DNA from: Armatimonadota bacterium
Lineage (GTDB): Bacteria > Armatimonadota > UBA5829 > DTLH01
Assembly: GCA_038207085.1 (NCBI GenBank)
Contig: JBBRAE010000044.1
Location: 1-19,949, forward strand
Length of the DNA stretch: 19,949 nt
Reading direction: 5' to 3'
Notes under the pieces: model-generated
The model's database searches: none
What the model saw: the letters and a program-made list of their open reading frames with translations, nothing else
Told to the model about the DNA's origin: nothing
Made by a program: the position numbers and the translations under genes
Shown here: one piece after another, positions 1-8,049 of the stretch
How the letters are laid out: each line of letters begins with the position of its first letter
Numbering within the stretch: position 1 is the first letter of the stretch

Positions 1-59
1 GCTCCGAAGGAGCTGGAAAACGGTGGAATTTCGTGCCAATTGAACATTGATACGAGATT

Positions 60-115
60 GCGCCGTAGGGCAGCGCCTACGGCGCTGATGGCCGGCACGG
101 CGACCGGCCACTACA
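60..115. repeat. Two REP-like palindromes (GTAG type)
   Basis: gcgccgtagg-gcagcg-cctacggcgc has perfect 10-bp arms (60-85). The minus strand of 89-114 reads GTAG-tggccgg-tcgccgtg-ccggcca, i.e. a GTAG tetranucleotide followed by a GC-rich hairpin. Confidence 0.6.
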
Positions 116-120
116 ATCGG

Positions 121-140
121 GATTTCTCAGACACGCTCTA
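121..140 (+). mobile_element. Possible terminal inverted repeat of an IS (IS1182/IS5-like) whose body lies left of this position
   Basis: ttctcagacacgctcta resembles the end of the IS1182-type remnant at 19678-19698 (minus strand tactcggacaggcttcta). No transposase is visible here. Confidence 0.35.
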
Positions 141-156
141 ACAGCTTCGTACGCTA

Positions 157-372
157 TCCAGGCCAGTTACTTACCGCCTTGAACTAAAGCACGGGCATCA
201 ACAGGTTACGACTACCGTCCCCGGTCATGGAACGACGGACTTCCCTGGAGCGCTCATATATGCTTCTTGCTTATCACGTCTCCGGCGGCTATGTCCGTTC
301 GGAATCTAAGTCCGACCCGGGCCGCTTCTCACCGGTCGCCGATTCGCCAAAGCGACAAAACACTGGCCTGGA
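157..372 (-). ncRNA. Structured rod-like ncRNA of about 216 nt, candidate 6S RNA
   Basis: Perfect 11-bp terminal inverted repeat (157-167 / 362-372). On the minus strand it continues with a 13-bp helix uuugucgcuuugg/ucaaggcgguaag containing G-U pairs, then inner helices aucggcg/uguugau, cccgg.guc/gaccggg, acggac/guccgu and ggag/cucc. Intergenic; AT-rich promoter-like DNA lies upstream (373-430). Confidence 0.55.
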
Positions 373-569
373 ATTGTTTGCTATTCTGTTGTCAACGTAT
401 TTAATTTATACCTGCAATCACATAGGCTTAAACGTCCGCGTGCGCACCGGCAAAACTATTTTTTAGTGCATGCTTAACCTGATTTTTGTTTGGTGCCCAA
501 GCACTCAGGCCGCATGCAGAGGCTTCGATGAAACGTTCACCAAAGCCCAAGAATTGAGTTAATCCGACA

Positions 570-1019
570 CTAGGCCTGCTCAGCGATCGTCTTCAGATAC
601 TCTTCCTCGGCCTTTTCGATGTCCTGCTCGCTTGCGCGTGCCAGCTTTTCAGGCTGTTTCTTCTCGGCTCTGGGCGGAATCTTGCCTTTGAACGGCTCGA
701 TGTCGTTTGCGCCGACGAGCAGGTTGTACCCCAGGACGACTGATCTGTCGGTCTCAGAGAGCCTGTCGCGCTGCTCCTGGCCCAGTCCGTTCAGCCAGCG
801 GGTGCGCACCGCCTGCTGGACGTCAATGTGGCACTTCTGAATAGCCGGGGGAAGACTATCCTGATCTATCTTGACACATACGGTATCGTCCTCATAGACG
901 CGGTCGACCACGCCGACGAGGTTTCGGAAATAATCGTAATATAGTCCGGACTTGACGTCGGCTGGTGTCACTTCACGCTCCACGATCTTGATCCGGTCTC
1001 CTGCTTTAACTGTTGCCAT
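570..1019 (-). CDS. Hypothetical protein, 149 aa, possible N-terminal KOW/SH3-like fold
   Basis: Strong SD gggagg before the ATG; protein-like composition; N-terminus VKAGDRIKIV...GVVDRV...VCVKID. Confidence 0.85.
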   Translation of the reverse strand: MATVKAGDRIKIVEREVTPADVKSGLYYDYFRNLVGVVDRVYEDDTVCVKIDQDSLPPAIQKCHIDVQQAVRTRWLNGLGQEQRDRLSETDRSVVLGYNLLVGANDIEPFKGKIPPRAEKKQPEKLARASEQDIEKAEEEYLKTIAEQA

Positions 1020-1026
1020 TTATTCC

Positions 1027-1187
1027 TCCCATGTAAATGGCGGTCTTTGCCATTTACGCTTTCATAGTGGTGACGACCTTGGCGACAGCATTTCGATATG
1101 AAATGCGAAAGCCGGCAGTAGCGCGGATTTTGCGCTGCGAAAGGCTTCGCCACGATTCCCATGTAAATGGCGGATTTTGCCATTTAC
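1027..1187. repeat. Two 31-bp direct repeats (1027-1057, 1157-1187), each a palindrome, enclosing a branched hairpin cluster
   Basis: tcccatgtaaatggcgg(tc/at)tttgccatttac, 29/31 identical, period 130 bp; arms gtaaatggc/gccatttac. Confidence 0.9.
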
Positions 1188-1232
1188 ATTCCATTACCAC
1201 TTATACGTTGATGGTCCAATTCCCTGCTGAGA

Positions 1233-1241
1233 TGGTATAAT
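1233..1241 (+). promoter_or_regulatory. Extended -10 promoter (TGgTATAAT)
   Basis: Consensus TGn-TATAAT ending 6 nt before the ATG at 1248. Confidence 0.7.
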
Positions 1242-1247
1242 ACGGTC

Positions 1248-1496
1248 ATGCTTGAGAAGTTTGAACGCACAAGTGAGCGCAAGTTCTGCTACTTCATTAA
1301 AGACTACGTCTACGCGACGATTGTCGTTCGCCGCTGGATGATCGCCGACAGCACATGGCAGCAGGAGGAACAGGGAGTGGAGTGTCCCCGCGCCCGAAAG
1401 TGCAGGCGAGCTGAGCACAACTGCAGTGCCATCCACCCCGAAAGCGGCGCCGACCCCTTCATCCCCTTCACAAACCTTCTCCGCGACCTCTGGTAA
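1248..1496 (+). CDS. Small hypothetical protein, 82 aa, 4 Cys, probably leaderless
   Basis: ATG sits at the expected +1 of the extended -10; no SD; GC-rich third codon positions; C...CPRARKC...HNC. Confidence 0.65.
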   Translation: MLEKFERTSERKFCYFIKDYVYATIVVRRWMIADSTWQQEEQGVECPRARKCRRAEHNCSAIHPESGADPFIPFTNLLRDLW

Positions 1497-1609
1497 CCGT
1501 CTCCCGGTATACCGCTGGCGTTAGTAATCTGGTAATTTGGTGTAAAAACTAGTAACCAGACAATCTTTTGAGGTGCGCAAAGGGGTAGCGTCCGGGGAGA
1601 TCGAGCCCG

Positions 1610-3217
1610 TTGAGAGTCGCAGGAGGCGTCCTGACAGTCGCGATTTTGGCTGTAGTTGCGGCGGCTGAGTCAGCATGGCCGTTCGAGAAGGGCGCTCTAC
1701 TCGACGAAAAGCTCTGCATTAACAAGTCCGAGCAGGAGATCGCCGCAGGCGAGCCCGTCAACCTCGGGTTCGGTGCCGAGATGAGGGTAGGGGATGACTC
1801 GACGCTTCGCACTTCAATCGCAGTCTCAAGCCCGGAGCGCAAGACCCCCTTTGCGGGGCGAGTGGAGCCTGATCTCGGCGTCGGGCGAAGCGACATATCG
1901 GTCGAGCTAAAAAAAGACAGCGGCGACTTCCTCAAGTTTGCCAGAAGCTCCGAGCGCGAAGGCGGCAGTTCCAACTCGCTTGATATCGGAATGGGCCGCC
2001 TCGGGCTCGGTCTCTCCCAAAATATCGACACCAACGGCGCTGAAAAATCGCTTGGCAAGATCAACTACCGCGGCAGGGGCCTCTCCTTCAGCGGCTCACG
2101 GGAGGTCGAGTCCGGGGCCGACGGCGAGGTCAAAAGAAAGGTCGAGCAGGCCCACATCGAGACTGACAAGTCCCGAAACGCCTGGGGCAGCTTTGATCTG
2201 AAGAACACAGCGACCGGTGAACACTTCGAAAACGTCCGCTCCCTGGGCTTCTCCGCCAAGCCATCGAATGGACTCAGCCTAAGTGCCGGGTTCCGATCGA
2301 CTGCGCGCGAAAAGGGAACCGAGCAGAGCCGAAACTACGGGCTGCGTTGGGGAATAGGCAAGGACCTGACGCTTTCGGCGGGGATGACCAACTGGTCCGG
2401 CGGCCACAGCAAGCGCGAGCTTAGCCTTTCTGGTCGGCTCGCCGAGCGGTTGTCTGTCCTAAGGAACCTGCGCGTGTCGCTCAACCAAAAGAGCGAGGAC
2501 GGACGGGGTAGGCTCAGCATGAACTTCGATGCCGGGATCGCCGACTTCTTCCTGCTGAAAAACGGCAAACTAGGCTTAGCCTCAGTCTCCGACGAGTCCG
2601 GGCAGGAGTCCCAGCGGATGAAGTTCGAGTCCAAACTGCTCGGTGGGAACCTGGCCTCCGAGTACTTCGCATCAGACGACGGCCGCGGCGGTCGCCCCGG
2701 CGCAAAGGGAATCAGCTTTTCAAGCGATCCGGCCCGCAAGAACCTGCTCTACGATGTGGCGTTCAAGTCGCACGAGCTTGCAAGCGGCAAGTCGTTCGAC
2801 ATCCGCCGCTACGGCACAAGCTACAAGCTCTCCCAGAGAACCACCCTGTCTCTCCGCGAGTATGACAACCGCGAAAGGCCCGACGGCGGCGTAGAGCAGG
2901 TCGGCGGACGAGTGCTCAACCTTGCGACTACGATCAAACAGTTCAACCTCGGCCTAAGCTTCAAACAGGACGAAGACTACCTCACCGATTTCTCCACCAG
3001 CGCCTACGGCATCTCATTGGCCGGAAAACTGGGCGCAAGGGCAAAGCTTGAGTTCGGCTACAGCCTGGAGCAAAAGAGCGACGACAAGGGCCACAAACTC
3101 CACCTCAAATACGACCGCCGCGTAAGCGATGACGACTTCATAGCCTTCGCGCTAGACCTCCGAACGCTGGATCAGGAAAAACTACGAATCAGGCTAGATC
3201 TTGTAAAAGCGTGGTAG
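1610..3217 (+). CDS. Secreted beta-strand-rich protein, possible outer-membrane beta-barrel, 535 aa
   Basis: Sec signal peptide (MRVAGGVLTVAILAVVAAAESA), alternating hydrophobic/polar G/S-rich strands, C-terminal aromatic residue (LDLVKAW); TTG start after ggggag. Confidence 0.8.
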   Translation: MRVAGGVLTVAILAVVAAAESAWPFEKGALLDEKLCINKSEQEIAAGEPVNLGFGAEMRVGDDSTLRTSIAVSSPERKTPFAGRVEPDLGVGRSDISVELKKDSGDFLKFARSSEREGGSSNSLDIGMGRLGLGLSQNIDTNGAEKSLGKINYRGRGLSFSGSREVESGADGEVKRKVEQAHIETDKSRNAWGSFDLKNTATGEHFENVRSLGFSAKPSNGLSLSAGFRSTAREKGTEQSRNYGLRWGIGKDLTLSAGMTNWSGGHSKRELSLSGRLAERLSVLRNLRVSLNQKSEDGRGRLSMNFDAGIADFFLLKNGKLGLASVSDESGQESQRMKFESKLLGGNLASEYFASDDGRGGRPGAKGISFSSDPARKNLLYDVAFKSHELASGKSFDIRRYGTSYKLSQRTTLSLREYDNRERPDGGVEQVGGRVLNLATTIKQFNLGLSFKQDEDYLTDFSTSAYGISLAGKLGARAKLEFGYSLEQKSDDKGHKLHLKYDRRVSDDDFIAFALDLRTLDQEKLRIRLDLVKAW

Positions 3218-3268
3218 AGGCTTCATGCACGATCTCACGATGCATGATCTCCGATCCCTGATCGCGCC

Positions 3269-3313
3269 GGGTCTCCAGACCCTGCACCATGAGAATCGGG
3301 GTCAGGAGACCCC
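3269..3313. repeat. Inverted pair of short REP-like hairpins between convergent genes
   Basis: gggtctccagaccc (from 3269) and ggggtcaggagacccc (to 3313) are near reverse complements; a related ggagaccctgc occurs near 4572. Confidence 0.45.
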
Positions 3314-3368
3314 TCAAATATGCGTGCCGCGTCACCATCGATCTGAGCTAATAGCTAATGGCTAAACG

Positions 3369-4349
3369 CTACCTCCGATGCTCCCGCAGCCACTGAAGCA
3401 GATCGCTTGTGACCTTGGGCATCGTCGCCTCAAACTCCATACGCTCGCGGGTCCGTGGGTGGTTGAACGAGAGCTTCCAAGCGTGCAGCGCCTGCCCGGA
3501 GAGTCTATCAAGAATCCCTTCGAACTCGGCGCGCAGTTTTGGCCCGAACCTGCCCGGCAGCTCGCGCCGTCGCCCGCCGTAGAACGGGTCGCCGACGACT
3601 GGGTAGCCGATATAGCTGCAGTGGACCCTGATCTGGTGGGTCCGTCCGGTCTGAAGCGACGCACGAAGCAGCGTGAACCCGTCGAGCTTCTCGACGACAG
3701 TGAGTTCGGTTATCGCCTCGCGCGCGGTCGGTCCCTCTGTCACGACGGCCATCTTCTGCCTGTGGCTGGTGTGTCGGCCAATGGGTGCGTTCACCACAGC
3801 TTTCTCAAACTTGGTGTCCCCCCACACGATTGCGTAGTACTCGCGTTTGGCGGTCTTCGCCTGAATCTGCGCTTGCAGGTCGAGGTGCGCGGCGTCATTT
3901 TTGGCGACCACGAGCAGCCCCGAGGTGTCTTTGTCCAGTCGATGCACGATCCCCGGACGCTTCACTCCACCGACCCCCGACAGGTTCGTAATCTTGGCAA
4001 GAAGCGCATTGACGAGCGTTCCGTTGGGCGACCCCGGCGCGGGGTGGGTCGTCATGCCGCGCGGTTTGTTCACGACGGCGATGTCGTCGTCCTCGTAGAC
4101 GATCTCAAGTGGGATATCTTCGGCAGAGATGTCGGTGTCCGTAGGTGGCGGGACTTCCACCCGTATTTCGTCTTCGGTTTGAACTTTATATTTGGCCTTT
4201 TCGGGGTTTCCGTTGACGTGTACGTGCTCGTCGTCGATCAGTCTGGCGACCGCCGAGCGTGTGAGACCTGGAATACGTGCGGCAAGAAAAGCGTCGATGC
4301 GCTCGCCCGCGCCGTCATCTACTGTGAGAATGTGGATCTGAGAGGACAT
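3369..4349 (-). CDS. rluD: RluA/RluD-family 23S rRNA pseudouridine synthase
   Basis: S4 domain (ERIDAFLA...TRSAVARLI), motifs VVNKPRG, GIVHRLDKDTSG, TGRTHQIRVH, QALHA. Start moved to ATG 4349 (MSSQIH). Confidence 0.96.
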   Translation of the reverse strand: MSSQIHILTVDDGAGERIDAFLAARIPGLTRSAVARLIDDEHVHVNGNPEKAKYKVQTEDEIRVEVPPPTDTDISAEDIPLEIVYEDDDIAVVNKPRGMTTHPAPGSPNGTLVNALLAKITNLSGVGGVKRPGIVHRLDKDTSGLLVVAKNDAAHLDLQAQIQAKTAKREYYAIVWGDTKFEKAVVNAPIGRHTSHRQKMAVVTEGPTAREAITELTVVEKLDGFTLLRASLQTGRTHQIRVHCSYIGYPVVGDPFYGGRRRELPGRFGPKLRAEFEGILDRLSGQALHAWKLSFNHPRTRERMEFEATMPKVTSDLLQWLREHRR

Positions 4350-4355
4350 GTATAT

Positions 4356-4385
4356 ATAGTACGCGAAAGAGCCCGCTCCACGCAA
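4356..4385 (-). promoter_or_regulatory. sigma70-type promoter for a leaderless rluD transcript
   Basis: TTGCGT-N18-TACTAT, with the -10 ending 6 nt before ATG 4349. Confidence 0.55.
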
Positions 4386-4656
4386 CTCGAAGTTTCCCCG
4401 AACATCACGCAAGCAGGGCTCAAGTCTACCGTCCCGTTTCCGGGACCGTGGTATAGCCCCAAGGCCGTTCTGTACCCTGTCGTTTATTGTGCGGGATCCG
4501 CGGTTCCGAGGGGACAGCTTCTTCTTTTCTCACCAAGAGTTAAAGAGCGCGAAGCCTGTTCCACCAGAGCCGGAGACCCTGCTCAAGAGGCCACCACAAT
4601 GACATCTAACATTTACCCTTTTCCACGGCTGAGGCAAACATTCCTGCATAGATTTT

Positions 4657-4694
4657 CAGGAAGTATAACGGTTTTCGAGACCGCCATACTTCCT
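4657..4694 (-). terminator. Long hairpin at the 3' end of the LacI-AKR-ADH operon
   Basis: caggaagtat..cggt-tttcga-gaccg..atacttcctg, about 15 nt after the dehydrogenase stop; U-tract is weak. Confidence 0.45.
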
Positions 4695-4708
4695 GTGTTC
4701 TGTCCATT

Positions 4709-5776
4709 CTATGGCCATACTACAGCCACCTTGCCGCACTTACCCTTATCCATAAGCTGATAGGCCTTGTCCACCTGCTCAAGAGGGAACCTGTCGGTCA
4801 CGGTGATGTCCGGGTGCATGTTCCAGCGCACGAGGCGTTCCACCAGGTTCTCCATGTTGGGCAGACTCGTTACCCAGCTGCCAAATATCGTTATCTGCTT
4901 GTGGATGATGTCCCGGCTCGGCTCAAAAGTGACGGAGCCGCCTTCACCCACGAACGCCACGCGGCCCCACTGTCTGGTTCCCTGGATCGCAAGGAGCCTA
5001 CCCGCCGGGTTACCGGAGCAGTCGATCACCGCTTCGGCGCCGAAGCCATCTGTTTCGTCCATGATGCGTTCAAGTGCACCATCGGCTGCGCCAAAGGCTA
5101 CGTCTACGATTCCCAGCCGCTTTGCAAGCTCAACCCGCTCGGGCATGGCATCGACTCCGATGGTGCGGGTTGCCCCCTGGGCCTTTGCGAGCATAAGTGC
5201 CGCAAGCCCCACCGGTCCCAGGCCTACCACTAGCGCCTTGTCTCTTCCCGATACACCAATTCGCTGCGTCGCCTCATAAGAGGTGCCGAACCCACAGGCG
5301 ATAAGCGCGCCGTCTTCGTAGGAGAGCTCGTCCGGCAGATGAACGAGCGTGTTTTCCTCGGTGAGCATATAGTCGGCGTGCCCGCCGTCTCTCTGCCAGC
5401 CGTAGGCGGCCCTGAGTGGGCTTGAGCAGCTGATCATATAGCCCATACGGCAGTCGTGGCACACCCCGCAGCCGGAGATGTGGTAGACGATCACCCTGTC
5501 GCCCTCTTTGAATTGCTTGACACCTGGCCCGACGGCGACCACCTGCCCCGATGGCTCGTGTCCGGCGATCACTCCCTGGTATCCTTCAGGTCCCTTGCCA
5601 AGATGTTCTCTGTAGATCGCGCGGATGTCGCTTCCGCAGATCGTCGAGGCTTTCATCTTGATAAGCGCCTGCCCGGGTCCGGGGGTCGGCACGGGATATT
5701 CTCTAAACTCTACTGTGCTGTTTCCAGGCAGCACGACTCCGGTCATGGTTTTCGGTATGGTAGACACTTCTTGCAT
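4709..5776 (-). CDS. Zn-dependent medium-chain alcohol/polyol dehydrogenase (threonine-DH-like MDR)
   Basis: ICGSD, GHEPSG, structural Zn motif CGVCHDC...C, Rossmann GLGPVG. Confidence 0.95.
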   Translation of the reverse strand: MQEVSTIPKTMTGVVLPGNSTVEFREYPVPTPGPGQALIKMKASTICGSDIRAIYREHLGKGPEGYQGVIAGHEPSGQVVAVGPGVKQFKEGDRVIVYHISGCGVCHDCRMGYMISCSSPLRAAYGWQRDGGHADYMLTEENTLVHLPDELSYEDGALIACGFGTSYEATQRIGVSGRDKALVVGLGPVGLAALMLAKAQGATRTIGVDAMPERVELAKRLGIVDVAFGAADGALERIMDETDGFGAEAVIDCSGNPAGRLLAIQGTRQWGRVAFVGEGGSVTFEPSRDIIHKQITIFGSWVTSLPNMENLVERLVRWNMHPDITVTDRFPLEQVDKAYQLMDKGKCGKVAVVWP

Positions 5777-5815
5777 CCTTTCTTTTCACTCATTTCGACA
5801 GTCGCATGGCGGCTG

Positions 5816-6844
5816 CTATGGAGGCGTTATCTCGCCGCTTAGGTCCCAAAGGTCTTCCCAGCTCTGTCCTTCTTTCCAGAGGAACACCTGGCCTTTGATC
5901 AGACGGCAGTTTTTGTCGATACCTGCGATCTCCTGCATCTCATGGTCCGTCAGGGGCTCAGCTACTGTACACTTCAGGTTTGCGAGGTAATTGGCGCGGC
6001 GCACTGAGAAGGGTATCGGTATCTGACCGCGCTGAACCGCCCACTTTATGCACACTACGGCCGGATGGACCCCAATACGCTCTGCGATACGCAATATGAC
6101 CGGGTCTTCGATATCGACCGTGTCCTCAGGCGTGCGGTCGCGTTCGGGCCTTGCGGGGGAACCTATCGGGCTGTAGCCGATTGGTATTATCCCGTTTCCG
6201 GTGACAAACTGAAAGAGCTCCTGCTGCTGGAAATTGGGGTGGAGTTCCATTTCGTTGCACGCCGGCTTGATTTTGCAGTCCCGAAGCAGCAGTTCGAGCT
6301 TTGGGACGGTCATATTGGATGTTCCGATGTGGCGCACGAGCCCCAGATCCACGAGCTTCTCCATCTGTCTCCAGGTCTTCATAAAGCTCTCGTGGATGTA
6401 GGGTTTGGCGCATGTCGAGCGCGATGACACGTCGCAGCTGGGGGCATGGGTGTTGGGAAACGGCCAGTGGACGAGGTACAGGTCCAGATATTCAAGCCCC
6501 AGGTCCGCGAGCGACTGTTTGCAGGTCGGGATCACGTTCTCCTCTGCGTGTTTATCGTTCCAGAGCTTGGAAGTCACCCAAAGCTCCTCGCGATTTACGC
6601 CTGACGAGAGTATCTTCCCAAGGGATTTCCCGATCTGGTGCTCGTTGTGATAGACTGCCGCACAGTCAAAGTGTCGGTAGCCCACTGACGCCGCCTCAAG
6701 CACAGCCTCTGCAACCTGCTCCCCTGTGACGTGGTCCGAACCAAACGTCCCAAGCCCAACAACAGGGATCTGTGCGCCCGTGTAAAGCGTCTTTTCGGGC
6801 ACAATGTTCGGGTCAACGCCGTCTGGAGCGATTTTGTATGACAT
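5816..6844 (-). CDS. Aldo/keto reductase
   Basis: GLGTF, GYRHFDCAAVY, VTSKLW, YLDLYLVHWP, IGTSN, YSPIGSP; SD gaggag. Confidence 0.96.
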   Translation of the reverse strand: MSYKIAPDGVDPNIVPEKTLYTGAQIPVVGLGTFGSDHVTGEQVAEAVLEAASVGYRHFDCAAVYHNEHQIGKSLGKILSSGVNREELWVTSKLWNDKHAEENVIPTCKQSLADLGLEYLDLYLVHWPFPNTHAPSCDVSSRSTCAKPYIHESFMKTWRQMEKLVDLGLVRHIGTSNMTVPKLELLLRDCKIKPACNEMELHPNFQQQELFQFVTGNGIIPIGYSPIGSPARPERDRTPEDTVDIEDPVILRIAERIGVHPAVVCIKWAVQRGQIPIPFSVRRANYLANLKCTVAEPLTDHEMQEIAGIDKNCRLIKGQVFLWKEGQSWEDLWDLSGEITPP

Positions 6845-6860
6845 AACTGTTTATTCTCCT

Positions 6861-7886
6861 CTACAGTCTTCCGCCGCAGGTGCCTCGGATGACGAGCTCG
6901 ACAGGCAGAACGATTTCTTCGTGTGCCGCTCCCGGGTCCTCGATCCTGCTAAACACCCTTTCAGCCGCTCGGATTCCCAGAGCTTCCGCGTTCTGCCGGA
7001 TAGTTGTCACGTCGAGCCACTCCGCCACCTGCAGGTCCGCGTAGCCGACCATGACGATGTCCGATGGGATTTTGAGCCCCTTCTGAGAAGCGCACTGAAG
7101 AGCCGCGATGGCAAGGTAATCGCTGTCGGCAAACACCGCATCCGGCGGGTTTGGCAAACTGAGCAACCGACAAGCGGCGGATAGCGCTTCGCCCGGCACA
7201 AACGAGCCTGCTACAACGAGATTTGGGTCGATATCGAGTCCACAACCGGCCATTGCCGACTCGAAACCCTGCGCGCGGGCTTTGGCAGTGCTTGTGGACG
7301 TCCCGGAAGTCAGGTGCGCGATGCGCCGCCTGCCGAGTCGCACCAGATGTTCCACGGCAAGCTTTGCTCCCAGCGTATCGTCTGTCAGCACGCAGTCGGC
7401 CTTGCCGTCTGGCGCACGATCATCGACCACTACGCACGCGACCCCTTCGCGAACGACCTCGTCGATCACCCCAGGCTCCGGCAGCCCCACAAAGATAACC
7501 CCCGCGACCTTCTGCTCAAGCAGAGAGTTTATCTGGTCATCCGTGATGTCTTTGGGGTTTTGTGCGGCGCTGAGGAGCAAGCCGTACTGCCGACTCGCAC
7601 AGACATTTTGAACACCGTAGAGTATCCGCGAGACGAACGCGTCCTGGTATCCGTTTACGTAGCCCTGATACGAGACTACCATCCCGATGTTCTGGCTTTT
7701 CCCTGTGGCAAAGCTTCGCGCGACGGTATCGCGCCTGTAGCCGAGCTCCCGCGCGGCCTCAAAAACCCGATCCCGAGTCGCTTCCGGTATCGCAACGTCC
7801 GTGCGCCGATTCAGCACATAAGCGACGGTAGTCTTAGACACTTTCGCGTGCGCCGCAACATCTCTGATTGTAGGTCGAGTGCTCAT
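6861..7886 (-). CDS. LacI-family transcriptional regulator
   Basis: HTH TIRDVAAHAKVSKTTVAYVLN plus periplasmic-binding-protein-like effector domain; start moved to ATG 7886. Confidence 0.96.
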   Translation of the reverse strand: MSTRPTIRDVAAHAKVSKTTVAYVLNRRTDVAIPEATRDRVFEAARELGYRRDTVARSFATGKSQNIGMVVSYQGYVNGYQDAFVSRILYGVQNVCASRQYGLLLSAAQNPKDITDDQINSLLEQKVAGVIFVGLPEPGVIDEVVREGVACVVVDDRAPDGKADCVLTDDTLGAKLAVEHLVRLGRRRIAHLTSGTSTSTAKARAQGFESAMAGCGLDIDPNLVVAGSFVPGEALSAACRLLSLPNPPDAVFADSDYLAIAALQCASQKGLKIPSDIVMVGYADLQVAEWLDVTTIRQNAEALGIRAAERVFSRIEDPGAAHEEIVLPVELVIRGTCGGRL

Positions 7887-7909
7887 TGATTCTCTTTCAC
7901 CACATCTAT

Positions 7910-7934
7910 TGGACCGGTCCACTGGACTGGTCCA
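7910..7934. promoter_or_regulatory. Tandem LacI-type operators TGGACCGGTCCA (7910-7921) and TGGACTGGTCCA (7923-7934)
   Basis: One perfect and one single-mismatch 12-bp palindrome, the first with the central CG typical of LacI sites, directly downstream of the -10. Confidence 0.8.
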
Positions 7935-7963
7935 ATAATACCTAAAACCTAGTCACTTGTCAA
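7935..7963 (-). promoter_or_regulatory. sigma70 promoter of the lacI-AKR-ADH operon
   Basis: TTGACA (7963-7958)-N17-TATTAT (7940-7935). Confidence 0.85.
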
Positions 7964-7983
7964 ACATTACAAGTTGGTCGTCA

Positions 7984-8032
7984 GTTGGTCGGGGGAATCC
8001 GTCCCCCGACTCCGTTCCGTGGAATCTATCCG
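7984..8032 (+). repeat. RAYT-flanking REP-like end, copy 1
   Basis: GTTG-gtcggggga-atccg-tcccccgac-tccgttccgtggaatctatccg; inverted relative to 8596-8643. Confidence 0.85.
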
Positions 8033-8049
8033 GCAGCCCAAGCCATGGC

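Noticed and set aside
157..372. Retron msr-msd (a1/a2-like terminal inverted repeats)
   Set aside because: No reverse transcriptase in the window, and the pairing continues as a G-U-rich rod rather than separate msr and msd domains.
227..466. 79-aa ORF
   Set aside because: No SD or recognisable motif; overlaps the structured RNA candidate and AT-rich promoter DNA.
1027..1187. CRISPR mini-array (31-bp palindromic direct repeats)
   Set aside because: Only two repeats, a 99-bp spacer that is itself highly structured, and no cas genes in the window.
3378..4760. 460-aa plus-strand ORF
   Set aside because: Antisense shadow of rluD in GC-rich DNA; no domain features.
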